From assembly GCA_964507855.1 (NCBI GenBank), contig CAZDQS010000001.1:7251-71250 (forward strand): DNA of 64,000 bases. The letters run 5' to 3'. A program made the position numbers and the translations under genes. Positions 18,735 through 28,507 of this stretch are shown here, one piece after another (position 1 is the first letter of the stretch; the number at the start of each line of letters is the position of its first letter). Source of the DNA: an uncultured Candidatus Saccharibacteria bacterium (GTDB lineage Bacteria > Patescibacteriota > Saccharimonadia > Saccharimonadales > CAZDQS01). Below the pieces are notes generated by a model, which did not search any database, was not told the DNA's origin, and saw nothing but the letters and a program-made list of their open reading frames with translations.

Positions 18735-19304
18735 TTATATGCCCCGGACGTTACGAACAATCGTGTTGTAGTCAGGAATTTGTGCTTTGAAGAGTCGGTC
18801 GATAATACCCTGCTGGCCAGCAAAGCTGCCGCGCACGCCCCGGCACGTAACCGACCACAGGTCACGTACGGTCTCATCCTCTGCTCTCAGTACAAACGAG
18901 TGGCGGCGTCCTGTCGGACAGACACCTTCCGGACCATCAGCGCTTGGATTGTCATTGACCTCGGCGAAACCAGCCTGTTCAAGCGCCTGCAGGAATTCGG
19001 CGTAAGCATTGCGGGTATTGCCAAAATCCCGGCCATCCGTCACCGTACCATCATAGCCACTGATGATCTGAACCGTACGGCTGGAGGGGGTCACAATAAT
19101 CCGTATTTCACGGTAGTTCTCCTGCGCGACAATCGGGCCGGCTACCGTGTATGACACTTCTGAACCGCTCCGGTCGATGTAGTCCGAGAGCGTCACGTCC
19201 TCAGGTGCATTGCCGTTTTGGTCACCATTGTCACCACCGATCACCAGCACGACGGCCAGGATCAGGAGCAAAATAGTAACGACAAATCCGATAATAAATC
19301 TCAT
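18735..19304 (-). CDS. Membrane-anchored hypothetical protein
   Basis: N-terminal TM FIIGFVVTILLLILAVVLVIGG, then a roughly 160-aa extracytoplasmic domain of unknown family. Confidence 0.4.
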   Translation of the reverse strand: MRFIIGFVVTILLLILAVVLVIGGDNGDQNGNAPEDVTLSDYIDRSGSEVSYTVAGPIVAQENYREIRIIVTPSSRTVQIISGYDGTVTDGRDFGNTRNAYAEFLQALEQAGFAEVNDNPSADGPEGVCPTGRRHSFVLRAEDETVRDLWSVTCRGVRGSFAGQQGIIDRLFKAQIPDYNTIVRNVRGI

Positions 19305-19393
19305 AATTATTTCACCTCTAGCAAAGCCGTAAAGGCATTAATGCTTTACGGTATGAATTGATTATACCATAACAACCATATTTTGCAATACGG

Positions 19394-20251
19394 TTATGCT
19401 CGTGTCACTTCCGGCTGCAGCAAGCCATCGAGATAATTAAGCCGGGCGGTCAGCAGTTCTCGATTGGTAAATTGGGCGTCAGCGCCATACATATCTAGAC
19501 GGCTTTTCTGGTGCATCTCGGGGTCAACAATCCTGAGGCGCCACTCATCATCAAGCTTCGTCGCTACAACGTTTTTCGGCCCAATCAGATCAAGCCACTC
19601 GTCCTCTTCAGCCCATTCGCGCGAGCCCTCAACAAGCCGGTGCACGTCATCACGAAGCGCAGTATGCGAGGGATGTTCAATCAGTTTCTTCGCCGTATTG
19701 CCGAATACATCATAATGCTCCGGTAGCCGGTCCTGCACAACCACGACCGTTTGGTAGCTCTTTCCCAACCGTACTGGTGCTCGGCCCATCTCATAGCTTG
19801 TCGGCCAGACAAGGTCACCAAACTGTGCCTTCACCTTCTCGTACTCGGCCTGACGGGCATAGAGACGTTCCCGTACACTCGACGGCAACTCACCGGGAGC
19901 CAAGCGATCGTACTTCACAATTTTGTCAGGTGCCGTACGTGGCGAGAGCACAAAACTTTGTGTGCCTACCCCTTCGATATGATGACCCTTGAATAGCCGC
20001 TTGCGCACGAGCCCGCTCGTGCCGGTCTTTGCCACAGCCCGTGCAAGAGTTTGGCGCTTTTTTGAGTGGCGCAAAGATAAATCGGGACTAACTTCATCCG
20101 CTGTCGGCCGCGCATCAAGCGCTGCAGCCGCCAATAGCCCGAGAGCTTTTTGTCGCCGCAACCCCGGCCCGCCACCACTCCGCCGTTCCTGGCGAGCAGT
20201 AGTATTCTCAGGTGATATTTTGGCCGTCATGTTTATATTTATCCTATACAC
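19394..20251 (-). CDS. Hypothetical protein with a basic N-terminal region
   Basis: 285-aa ORF; no recognisable motifs. Confidence 0.4.
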   Translation of the reverse strand: MYRININMTAKISPENTTARQERRSGGGPGLRRQKALGLLAAAALDARPTADEVSPDLSLRHSKKRQTLARAVAKTGTSGLVRKRLFKGHHIEGVGTQSFVLSPRTAPDKIVKYDRLAPGELPSSVRERLYARQAEYEKVKAQFGDLVWPTSYEMGRAPVRLGKSYQTVVVVQDRLPEHYDVFGNTAKKLIEHPSHTALRDDVHRLVEGSREWAEEDEWLDLIGPKNVVATKLDDEWRLRIVDPEMHQKSRLDMYGADAQFTNRELLTARLNYLDGLLQPEVTRA

Positions 20252-20301
20252 TCATTATATCATAATGAGGTGTATTTTTCAATACTACTTATGTTGTCAT
20301 T

Positions 20302-21438
20302 TTAGACAGCTTCCGGGAATACTTCAAGGGCCCCTGACGTGCCGTCAGGTGACTTGGCCCTCTTATTGAATATAACGGTTTTACCGAGAATAACTGGCAC
20401 CCTGCCAGCTGCTTTTTCTTCCGCAACATATTTTTCTTGAGTATTATCGATTTTCTTCTGTAGTATTCTGTTGAGTCGCGATTCCATATCGATCACTTGA
20501 GCAATCTGCTCCTGCGCCCTTTGCGCTTCCGGAGTTTTTACGGGTATATCAAGTAAGCCAAGGTCTTCGGCTGCTTCGCGTTGCTGTTTTCTCACCATCC
20601 CGAACGTGAATACCCCGTGCACGGCGAGCTGCAATGCATGGCCTTCGTAATCTTCGATGCCTTCCTTGCCCGGCATGTCAAAACCTTTCCACGTACGAGC
20701 AATGATAGGCAGTAAATATTCTGGTTTAGCTCTGACCATTGCCGAATGGAGGAAGCGGAAAAACCGTTGGTGGCGATCTTCTTGGCCGGCAATAGCATTC
20801 AGCGCACGGCGGCCGATAGAGTCAACGAGCTGCCCCGTATTCGTGTGGGCGTCAAAGGTGAGCCCTTCCTGGGGATCGGTAAATGGTACAATTTGCGCCC
20901 AGCTGTCGGTCGGCACATGAATACCCCGCATTAACTGCGTTACCTTGGTGCGCCGGTGTGCCCTCGTATCGAGCGAGCCAGATTGCGCACCCCAGTGGCC
21001 CAACAATTCCGCGTGGCTGCTCTCTTCGGCAGTCCACCGGCTCAGCCAGTTCGTGAACTGCTGGCTGAACCTGGTCGCGATAAGAATCTTGCCATGGTAC
21101 CACGGCAGATTTTCTTCCGTTGCCGTATTGACATGCATGGCCCGCCTGATGACCGGCAGGAGCTTCATGCCCTTTTCTTCGTAGTGAGCCAGGTGGGCAT
21201 CGAAGCTGCCCCGCACAGCCGCTACAAGATCCGGTGTGACACCCATATCATCATCAAGTCCAACGGCTTTGTTCAAGAAGCCGAGCGGATACAGCGTCCC
21301 ATGCTCGACTGGGAGATCGTCTTCTGCCGTACCGCCAATTCTCCGACCGCCGCGAGTCATGTGTTGGTCATAAGCCTCTTCGATAAACGGCTCGACCGCT
21401 TCTCTCAGTTCTATTTCTTCACGCAATATTTCTGACAT
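20302..21438 (-). CDS. Ferritin-like di-iron carboxylate protein, candidate acyl-ACP desaturase (DesA family)
   Basis: Two E..H iron-ligand motifs spaced as in soluble acyl-ACP desaturases (WTAEESSHAELL and AGQEDRHQRFF, cf. EENRHG / DEKRHE); length 378 aa. Confidence 0.5.
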   Translation of the reverse strand: MSEILREEIELREAVEPFIEEAYDQHMTRGGRRIGGTAEDDLPVEHGTLYPLGFLNKAVGLDDDMGVTPDLVAAVRGSFDAHLAHYEEKGMKLLPVIRRAMHVNTATEENLPWYHGKILIATRFSQQFTNWLSRWTAEESSHAELLGHWGAQSGSLDTRAHRRTKVTQLMRGIHVPTDSWAQIVPFTDPQEGLTFDAHTNTGQLVDSIGRRALNAIAGQEDRHQRFFRFLHSAMVRAKPEYLLPIIARTWKGFDMPGKEGIEDYEGHALQLAVHGVFTFGMVRKQQREAAEDLGLLDIPVKTPEAQRAQEQIAQVIDMESRLNRILQKKIDNTQEKYVAEEKAAGRVPVILGKTVIFNKRAKSPDGTSGALEVFPEAV

Positions 21439-21453
21439 ATACCCTATTCTATA

Positions 21454-21876
21454 CTACATCCCGCTTTGCATTTCATGCTTCTCGGCTGCCTCAATAGCCT
21501 GCCGATAGCTCTCTCCGAGCAGCTCGACCGCCTCTTCTGTGGTTACCCACCTGCATTCAGAGTGCTCTTCGCTTATTTCTGGTTTGCTGTCAAAATCTGC
21601 TTCTACGGCATAAAAGATGAGCACCAGACCGACGCCATCATGAATATCTTTTGGCACCCGGTAAGCATGAGTAACTTTATTAATACTCGTGATGCGGATA
21701 TTTGGCACTTCTTCCTGCAGCTCACGCCGGAGCGTTTGCTCGATAGTCTCATCTCCGCTTATGCGGCCACCCGGTAGTTCCCAGAAGGGTTGGTCGTGGT
21801 TTTTCTTGAGGATGAGTACCTTATCGTCATTAACAACTATGCCTTTGGTGCCGACATTGAATAGTTTTTCAGTCAT
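21454..21876 (-). CDS. NUDIX hydrolase
   Basis: Nudix box GGRISGDETIEQTLRRELQEEV. Confidence 0.8.
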   Translation of the reverse strand: MTEKLFNVGTKGIVVNDDKVLILKKNHDQPFWELPGGRISGDETIEQTLRRELQEEVPNIRITSINKVTHAYRVPKDIHDGVGLVLIFYAVEADFDSKPEISEEHSECRWVTTEEAVELLGESYRQAIEAAEKHEMQSGM

Positions 21877-21894
21877 TACTCCATTTTACAGCAC

Positions 21895-22176
21895 CTAGCC
21901 CTCACACGCCTGGGCGGCGAAGTTGAGAGCTACACGCGCGGAATCAGATAGGTTCTCATTGCCTGTTTCGATAAGGCTACACAGCCGTTCACGGAAGCGG
22001 GTATTTTGCTCGACACGACTCCGCAGATCGGCGACCTCTTGCTGCAGCTCGGTGACTTCTGTACCGACAACTTCACTGCTGCTTACTTGCGGCTCGTCAG
22101 CCGTTATCCTGCCCAGCCAGAACGCACCCACCAAAATAACTAGAACTGCTATCACACCCGCCAGCTTTGACCTCAT
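21895..22176 (-). CDS. Small membrane-anchored hypothetical protein
   Basis: N-terminal TM VIAVLVILVGAFWL then a charged helical region. Confidence 0.35.
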   Translation of the reverse strand: MRSKLAGVIAVLVILVGAFWLGRITADEPQVSSSEVVGTEVTELQQEVADLRSRVEQNTRFRERLCSLIETGNENLSDSARVALNFAAQACEG

Positions 22177-22260
22177 GTCCTTACCCTCGTTTACGTTCTC
22201 AGTAAAGAAGGTGCGCCTTCGTGCGGCAATAAGGTATTTTACAAATCAGTTATTAATTCT

Positions 22261-22698
22261 TCAGCGTTTCGGCACCTTTTCCAAGTACTCCTGAACGCCT
22301 TTCAGCCAGCCGCCGGTGAAGTAACCTTCCGGCTTGAAGCTGTTTATATCCACCCATTCCATTTTGTCGTGATAGTCACCTAACTTTACATCGCCGCCCT
22401 GATATACGGCCTCGTAACCGATGGCGAAAATTCGGACTTGCTTGCCGCCTTCGTCATGCTCGCTACGCTCGTGCCGGAAGAACACCACAGGCTCCTCCAC
22501 GCTATACTTTACGTCTGGCCCCAGCTCCTCACGCACCTTGCGCTCGATCACCGCCTCAAGTGGCGCATCAAACTCGTGTTCGCGCAGCCGGCCGCCGGGC
22601 AGATCCCAGTCGCCAAAAATATCGTGCGTAATGAGCAACTTGTCCCCGTCACGCAGGAAAAGCTTCACCGCTACATAGTAGAGGTCTTTTTCGGTCAC
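22261..22698 (-). CDS. NUDIX hydrolase (probable GTG start overlapping the polA stop as GTGA)
   Basis: Nudix box GGRLREHEFDAPLEAVIERKVREELG; the ORF-track start at 22818 would overlap polA by 124 nt, whereas an in-frame GTG at 22698 directly abuts the polA TGA. Confidence 0.75.
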   Translation of the reverse strand: MTEKDLYYVAVKLFLRDGDKLLITHDIFGDWDLPGGRLREHEFDAPLEAVIERKVREELGPDVKYSVEEPVVFFRHERSEHDEGGKQVRIFAIGYEAVYQGGDVKLGDYHDKMEWVDINSFKPEGYFTGGWLKGVQEYLEKVPKR

Positions 22699-25343
22699 AA
22701 CTCGCCCCAGTTTTTGCCTATGCTGACGTCGACGTCGAGTTTCACGGGCAGCTTGTAGATATTCTCCATGGTTTCTTTGAGTAGTTTTGCTGTTCGCTCG
22801 GCCTCCTCCTCCGGGCATTCGACAAGGATCGAGTCATGGATTTGCAGCAGCTGTTTGCACTTGCCACCAGCAAGCTCTTTGTCCACAGCTACCATGGCCA
22901 TCTTCATGAGATCTGCCTCGGTGCCCTGGATGGGCATGTTCATCGCCTGGCGCTCGGCGGCCTGGCGAACCATAAAGTTGCCCGATTTGATATCCGGCAT
23001 CGGACGGCGGCGGCCAAAGAGCGTCTCGACATACCCTTCCGTGCGGGCCTTTTCCTTGAGGCTGTTCATGTAATCCAGGATGGGCTTGCGGAGCTCAAAG
23101 TACTTGTCGATAAATTCTTTCGCGGCAGCAAACGTCATGCCGGTGGCCGCGCTAAGACCGTGCGGGCTCATGCCATACAGCACACCAAAGTTAATGGTCT
23201 TGGCGGCAGAACGCATCTGTTTACTCACCTCCTCCGGATCACGGTTGTACACTTGCGCGGCAGTTTCGGTATGGATGTCGGCGCCGCGGTTAAAGAGGTC
23301 AATCATCTCTTGGTCGCCAGCCAGATAAGCCGCCAGGCGCAATTCAAACTGCGAATAATCAGCGCTGACGAGCACATTACCCTTGTCCGCGACAAAGGCT
23401 GTGCGGATGCGGCGGCCAAGATCAGTCCGTACCGGGATGTTCTGCAAGTTTGGATCGTTACTGCTGAGCCGCCCGGTCTGCGCGACGGTCAGGCTAAATG
23501 TGGTGTGCAGGCGGGAGTTCTCATCCACCTGGTTTGGCAAGGTATCGACGTAGGTGTTCTTGAGCTTGGTAACTTCCCTGTAGTGGGTAATGAGATCAAT
23601 AATTGGGTGCAGCCCCCGCAGCTTGTCCAGCTCGGACGCGGCCGTTGAATAACCGGTTTTTCCCTTCTTTATGCCTTGGGTTGGCAGGTTCAGGTGGTTG
23701 AACAAAATATCTGCCAGCTGGCTTGGTGAACCGATGTTGAATTCTTGGGTCGCGTGGTCATAAATCTGCCGCTCGAGGTCACGAATGCTTTTGTCCAACT
23801 CTTTTTGGAACTGCTCGAGATAGGCTGTATCGAGCTTGATGCCGACATGCTCCATACGGGCCAAGACCGGGATAACCGGCCATTCGATGTCTTGCGCAAG
23901 CTCAGCGACTTTAGGCAGCTCCTTCAGGTCCTTGCGTTGCTGCTCATAAAGGCCGCGGATAACGGCGATGATCTCCGGAACTCGCTGCACCAACTCGTCA
24001 ACATCGAGCTCATCAAACGGCGAGCCGCCATAGCCAAGATCGGCCTGGGCAAGCTCGGTCAAGGTCTGTTCGCGGCGCAAGCTGTTGAGCAAGAACGCGC
24101 CAACCAGCACATCGTGTGCAACCGGCGGCACTTCAACCCCGAGCTCAATCAGCACCTGGAGCGTGGACTTTACGTCATAACCGACAAGCGGCGGAAGCTG
24201 TGCTAGCTTGGCGCGAATATCTTTTTTATTCAGTTTAGTTAGGTCGAGTGTGTATACCGTCTTGGGGTCTGGGCTGATGACAAGGAGTTGGGGCTTGCGG
24301 CCGTGCTTGCCGGCGGCGCGAGCGTGGATAACCACCTCCTTTACGCCTTTAAGATCTAGTTTCTCCAGTGCAGCGGTGGAATCAATGACCGTGTTTGTGC
24401 CGGCAGTTGGTACCGAGGACTCAACCGGCAGCGACTCACCCTCCTCCACGACCTGCATGGCTTCCGGCAGCTGCCTAAGCAGGCTGCGGAACTCCAGCCG
24501 GCGCAGTATCTCCTGGACTTTGTGTGGGTCACAGTCATCAATAGCCGCTTCCTTGAGGTCCAACGGCACCGGTGCGTCTGTCCAGATAGCTGCAAGTTTT
24601 TTGCTCAAGATAGCCAGTTCCTTGCCGGCCTCGAGCTTCTTGCGCAATTTTTCAGGCATGAGAGCCAGGTTGTCGTAAATACCATCAAGCGTTTCGTACT
24701 TTTTGAGCAGGTCTATGGCCGTCTTTTCGCCAATGCCGGGAACACCAGGGATGTTGTCCGACGAGTCACCTTTCAGCGCCTTCAGGTCCAGGAACTGCGT
24801 GGCGTCCAGCCCGTACTTGGCCGTAAAACTTTCGGGGCTGTAGAGCTCGATATTGGACAAACCTTTCTTCAGCGCAAAGACTTTGACGTGCAAGTCAACC
24901 AGCTGCAGCACGTCGAGGTCACTCGTCACCATTAAAGTTTCGATATCTTTCTTCGTCGCCTTGACGGCCAACGTACCCATAATGTCGTCCGCCTCGTAAT
25001 CATCCAGCTCGTACAGCGGCCAGCCAAATGCCTCGAGCAGCTCGTGCAGAATTGGGATTTGGTCGTAGAAATCCGGCGGCGCAGGCTTGCGCCCCGCTTT
25101 GTATTCCGGATATAGTTCTAGGCGCTTACGGATATTGGTCTTGGGCTTGTCCCACGCGACCACCACGTAATCCGGCTTGAGACGCTTGAGTACCTCGAGC
25201 GCCATGACCGCAAATCCGTACACACCGCCGGTTGGCGTGCCGTCCTTAGTACTTAGGTTCGGCATGGCATAGTAGCCACGATAAAACACACTCTTGCCGT
25301 CAATGATAACTAGCCGCTTCTTCTTGGCCCCTGTCTCACTCAT
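22695..25343 (-). CDS. polA: DNA polymerase I (5'-3' exonuclease, 3'-5' exonuclease-like, polymerase domains)
   Basis: 882 aa; N-terminal FEN-like domain, C-terminal polymerase motifs A/B/C (DYSQFELRLAAYLAGD, RSAAKTINFGVLYGMS, QIHDSILVE). Confidence 0.95.
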   Translation of the reverse strand: MSETGAKKKRLVIIDGKSVFYRGYYAMPNLSTKDGTPTGGVYGFAVMALEVLKRLKPDYVVVAWDKPKTNIRKRLELYPEYKAGRKPAPPDFYDQIPILHELLEAFGWPLYELDDYEADDIMGTLAVKATKKDIETLMVTSDLDVLQLVDLHVKVFALKKGLSNIELYSPESFTAKYGLDATQFLDLKALKGDSSDNIPGVPGIGEKTAIDLLKKYETLDGIYDNLALMPEKLRKKLEAGKELAILSKKLAAIWTDAPVPLDLKEAAIDDCDPHKVQEILRRLEFRSLLRQLPEAMQVVEEGESLPVESSVPTAGTNTVIDSTAALEKLDLKGVKEVVIHARAAGKHGRKPQLLVISPDPKTVYTLDLTKLNKKDIRAKLAQLPPLVGYDVKSTLQVLIELGVEVPPVAHDVLVGAFLLNSLRREQTLTELAQADLGYGGSPFDELDVDELVQRVPEIIAVIRGLYEQQRKDLKELPKVAELAQDIEWPVIPVLARMEHVGIKLDTAYLEQFQKELDKSIRDLERQIYDHATQEFNIGSPSQLADILFNHLNLPTQGIKKGKTGYSTAASELDKLRGLHPIIDLITHYREVTKLKNTYVDTLPNQVDENSRLHTTFSLTVAQTGRLSSNDPNLQNIPVRTDLGRRIRTAFVADKGNVLVSADYSQFELRLAAYLAGDQEMIDLFNRGADIHTETAAQVYNRDPEEVSKQMRSAAKTINFGVLYGMSPHGLSAATGMTFAAAKEFIDKYFELRKPILDYMNSLKEKARTEGYVETLFGRRRPMPDIKSGNFMVRQAAERQAMNMPIQGTEADLMKMAMVAVDKELAGGKCKQLLQIHDSILVECPEEEAERTAKLLKETMENIYKLPVKLDVDVSIGKNWGEL

Positions 25344-25395
25344 GGTTACCAGTATACGCTACGGCTGGAAATTTATGCTGGTCAGCGACTAATTT

Positions 25396-26487
25396 CTAAA
25401 ACTTGCATGTTTCCTGTGAAACAGCCCAGTCGGCAATCGTATTGGAATCAAGATGCACGGGTTCACGGACAAACCGGATACCCGTATCCGCCGTCGGCAG
25501 CGCCGGGTTAAACTGGCTGGCATCACTTCCCCAACTGAGAGCGTCCAGCAGCCTGTCTTCATTATCATAAAGTAATAACCGGTCGCCACTCATGACCGAC
25601 GCATCAACACTGCCAGAGAAAACCGTCGTTTGATTGTTCCGGTTCAGCATATTGTTACGCTGGAGCGTAACAAGGCGGCCAGAGCTGTTTTCGATATACC
25701 AGCCGTTCGGTCGGATATGCTGGTTCGTTGGGTTGGACACCGCTATGGAAAGTACGACGCTTTCCTGCGAATCCTTTTTCTTGCGGCACGCAAATGAAAC
25801 CTCACTGAACACCGGCGCGGCGGCTGGCCAGGGCCGCACCGCCACCGCAAAGTTATCCGTGACCTCCGCAGCTGACAGCAAGCCTGCACTCGCGGGTGCA
25901 TAAAATCCAAACATTAGTGCGCATGTCAGTATGGCTACTTTTGTACCCGTGACAGCACGTTTTGTAACCTTGTTACCGCGACGACGTATTTCATCCATAC
26001 GCCGGTAGTGGTTAGCAAGGTGGCGGATTTCCATGATAATGATTATCAGCGCCGGTACATAGACCAGTAATATTAGCCCGAGAGGTTGGCGCACAAAATC
26101 AAAGAACTTCCCAACGTACGGGATCTTCACGGTTACGCGTCCCACCACATATGAGGCATGCACCGGCGCGTCTACCATGGGGTTGGCGTCACCTTTGGTT
26201 ATAAATATACCGCGCCGGCTATCCGTGGGCTTGTCAACGATACGGTGCGTCACGTACTTCGCCATATTGCCCGGCTCAACGACTGTTACAATATCGCCTT
26301 CTGCCAGCTGATCGGTTGGCGTCGGCTGCACGACAACCAAGTCGCCTTGTTTAAGCGTTGGCGTCATACTGCCAGTCTGCACACTGAGCACCTTGCCGCT
26401 ATGAGCCTGTAGGGACACCAAGCTAGCGCCGGCGGCACCAACCGCCAGCACCAGCAAAGCTAAGAATAGTTTTTTCAGCAGACGCAC
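25396..26487 (-). CDS. SipW-type (archaeal/eukaryal-like, S26B) signal peptidase I with a long C-terminal extension resembling a lamin-tail-like beta domain
   Basis: N-terminal TM then QTGSMTPTLKQGDLVVV (catalytic Ser), HRIV and GDAN boxes; second TM; C-terminal about 190 aa with VFSEVSF...VLSIAVSNPTNQHIRPNGWYIENSSGRLVTL, which resembles LTD domains. Confidence 0.6.
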   Translation of the reverse strand: MRLLKKLFLALLVLAVGAAGASLVSLQAHSGKVLSVQTGSMTPTLKQGDLVVVQPTPTDQLAEGDIVTVVEPGNMAKYVTHRIVDKPTDSRRGIFITKGDANPMVDAPVHASYVVGRVTVKIPYVGKFFDFVRQPLGLILLVYVPALIIIIMEIRHLANHYRRMDEIRRRGNKVTKRAVTGTKVAILTCALMFGFYAPASAGLLSAAEVTDNFAVAVRPWPAAAPVFSEVSFACRKKKDSQESVVLSIAVSNPTNQHIRPNGWYIENSSGRLVTLQRNNMLNRNNQTTVFSGSVDASVMSGDRLLLYDNEDRLLDALSWGSDASQFNPALPTADTGIRFVREPVHLDSNTIADWAVSQETCKF

Positions 26488-26524
26488 CGTCGTAACCCGC
26501 TATAGAAAAATTTATCTAGCGAAT

Positions 26525-27082
26525 TTATGATGGTGTACCAGTGAAGACGAGGTTGAATGACTCAACGCTTGCTTTCTCGCCGTCAAACGCATCTTCATCG
26601 ATACTGACCGTGACGCTATAGTCGACGGAACCGGACGCATCGGCTTCCAGATTGTTCAGGAATTCGACGCCTTCCGGAGCCGTCAAATCAGCGAGCGTTA
26701 CGTCTACATTGCCAGCGGTAGACACAAACGCAAAGCGCACTTTGCTTGTATCAAGCTCCGTAGGGTTAACCTCTAGTTCGCCTGCGACAGATGCGCGCAC
26801 ATTAAGCGAGACATCGCCGTTATTGCGCAGCTTAAATGTACCCACACTTGAGGGACTCTTGCCGGGGACGATATTTGCGAAGTTAAAACCAGGCTCAGCG
26901 TCACTAAACGTGTTGTCGCCATTGCCATCCACGAGCAGGTCTGCCGTCACTGATGAAACCGTGTTACCCATGACACTTGCCTGGCTCTGGAGGGCTGCGA
27001 ACGTCACACCACCCACGAGTACTGCAACGGCACTAATGACGAGTGTCGCCCTAATTAACGGACTTACTTGGTTTCCGAGCAT
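26525..27082 (-). CDS. TasA/camelysin (CalY)-family secreted protein with a SipW-cognate-type signal peptide
   Basis: LVISAVAVLVGGVTFAALQSQASV signal region (cf. TasA LVGGGTWAAFND) and NIVPGKSPSSVGTFKLRNNGDVSL (cf. TasA NLKPGDKLTKDFQFENNGSL). Confidence 0.6.
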   Translation of the reverse strand: MLGNQVSPLIRATLVISAVAVLVGGVTFAALQSQASVMGNTVSSVTADLLVDGNGDNTFSDAEPGFNFANIVPGKSPSSVGTFKLRNNGDVSLNVRASVAGELEVNPTELDTSKVRFAFVSTAGNVDVTLADLTAPEGVEFLNNLEADASGSVDYSVTVSIDEDAFDGEKASVESFNLVFTGTPS

Positions 27083-27157
27083 GTCTTTCTCCTTTTGTTA
27101 CTACAGGTCGCCTTAGACAAGCCAGCATAAACCAACAAAATAATGCGCACATAATTT

Positions 27158-27181
27158 AAAGCCTTCGGGAACGAAGGCTTT
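27158..27181 (-). terminator. Candidate rho-independent terminator downstream of the 5-FTHF cyclo-ligase gene
   Basis: Perfect 10-bp stem AAAGCCTTCG-ggaa-CGAAGGCTTT; on the minus strand it is followed by AAATTATGTGCGCATTATTTT. Confidence 0.45.
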
Positions 27182-27332
27182 AAAAACGATGCACGTAACA
27201 GATGGGTCTAACCAGAGAGCTGGTGATCATCCGCTATATTTGCTGCTTTTGCTGACAGGCTGAGAAGGTTCTGTATTGTTGCTTGTGCTTACCATTCTGC
27301 AACCATAACAACAATAAGTAAATAGGTAATTT

Positions 27333-27875
27333 TTACAAATTTTCCAACACCTGATGCGTATGCCGCTCGGTTACTATCCAGTCCATGGCAATATCATGAG
27401 GTTCAACAGGAAGCTTATCTACCCTGCCAAGCTCAAAACATAACCCGATTTTGAGAGCCTGGGGCTGGGTAGCTAAAAACTTATCGTAGAACCCGCCCCC
27501 GTACCCAATTCTATGTAAACGCCCATCAAATCCGAGCATCGGCACAATAATGACGTCAAACAGTGGTAATTCGTGTGGGTGTGGCTCGAAAGAGCCGTCC
27601 AGCTTCAGCTGGCCGTGTGTCCATTCGCCATCAACGTTGCGGCTCGTATACGTCACAATGTGCGGCTGCTTCTGCCAGATGTAGCGGAATACCGCCACAG
27701 TGTCGACTTCGCACAGCGTTCGCATTGACGTAAAGCAGTGCACTGCGGCCACGTCCGCCCAGACCACTTCACGCACCAGCCGCTCGGTGATAGCGCGGCT
27801 CTTTTCGACTACCACTTCCGGCGGCAGCTGCATGCGCTCCTGTTTAAGCTTCGTCCGTAAAGCTGCCTTATCCAT
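27333..27875 (-). CDS. 5-formyltetrahydrofolate cyclo-ligase
   Basis: KLKQERMQLPPE N-terminus, central region, and C-terminal IIVPMLGFDGRLHRIGYGGGFYDKFL...HDIAMDWIVTE signature; start taken at the internal ATG (27875). Confidence 0.75.
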   Translation of the reverse strand: MDKAALRTKLKQERMQLPPEVVVEKSRAITERLVREVVWADVAAVHCFTSMRTLCEVDTVAVFRYIWQKQPHIVTYTSRNVDGEWTHGQLKLDGSFEPHPHELPLFDVIIVPMLGFDGRLHRIGYGGGFYDKFLATQPQALKIGLCFELGRVDKLPVEPHDIAMDWIVTERHTHQVLENL

Positions 27876-27901
27876 AGCTCCAGTGTATACTGAACGGTAA
27901 G

Positions 27902-28507
27902 ATGGGCACCGCGAAAACAAAGAAAAAACCATCCAAGCAATCAGCCTACTGGCGCTACCTTTACCAAAAGCGCCGGCGTTTTTTTGGCATTAAACCCGCC
28001 CAGATCGCCTGGGGTCAGATTCTGGCCTTGGCGGGCGCAATATTTGCCGGCCTACACCTAGAATCCAGCAAGACTACCCTTGCGTTGATTGTTGGTACGT
28101 TTGTTATTTTGCCGGGTATTTTTGACCTGGTTGGGTCACTCGGCAGCGCCCTGAGCGCCAAAATTGCCCACAAACTACAAGATGCACGAGAACCAATCTG
28201 GAAAATCCTCTTTACCAGCATCGGCTACGCCATCTCTACCGCCGTACTGGCTGGCCTGATTGTCGCCGGCGCAGGTGGCGCAATTGCGGCACACTTCTTC
28301 GACGCCAACTTCGAACAGGTTTTCCAGCTCGCCTACGGCGCAATTATCATCAGCTCGCTCATTGGCTTTCCGATAGTCGGGATCGCCACTACCATCAGCT
28401 GTCTCATGCGCATCAACCCAGACCAGATAATCGTGCCGCTCGAGACGTCGTTTTATGATGTGCTGACCGTCGTCGTAATGGTTGCAGTCGTGGGGTGGCT
28501 GGCATGA
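27902..28507 (+). CDS. MgtE/SLC41-like divalent-cation transporter membrane domain protein (half-transporter 1)
   Basis: PGIFDLVGSLGSALSAKIAHKL resembles the MgtE/SLC41 P-G-(L)-x-GN-LG-S motif; about 5 TM helices. Confidence 0.5.
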   Translation: MGTAKTKKKPSKQSAYWRYLYQKRRRFFGIKPAQIAWGQILALAGAIFAGLHLESSKTTLALIVGTFVILPGIFDLVGSLGSALSAKIAHKLQDAREPIWKILFTSIGYAISTAVLAGLIVAGAGGAIAAHFFDANFEQVFQLAYGAIIISSLIGFPIVGIATTISCLMRINPDQIIVPLETSFYDVLTVVVMVAVVGWLA

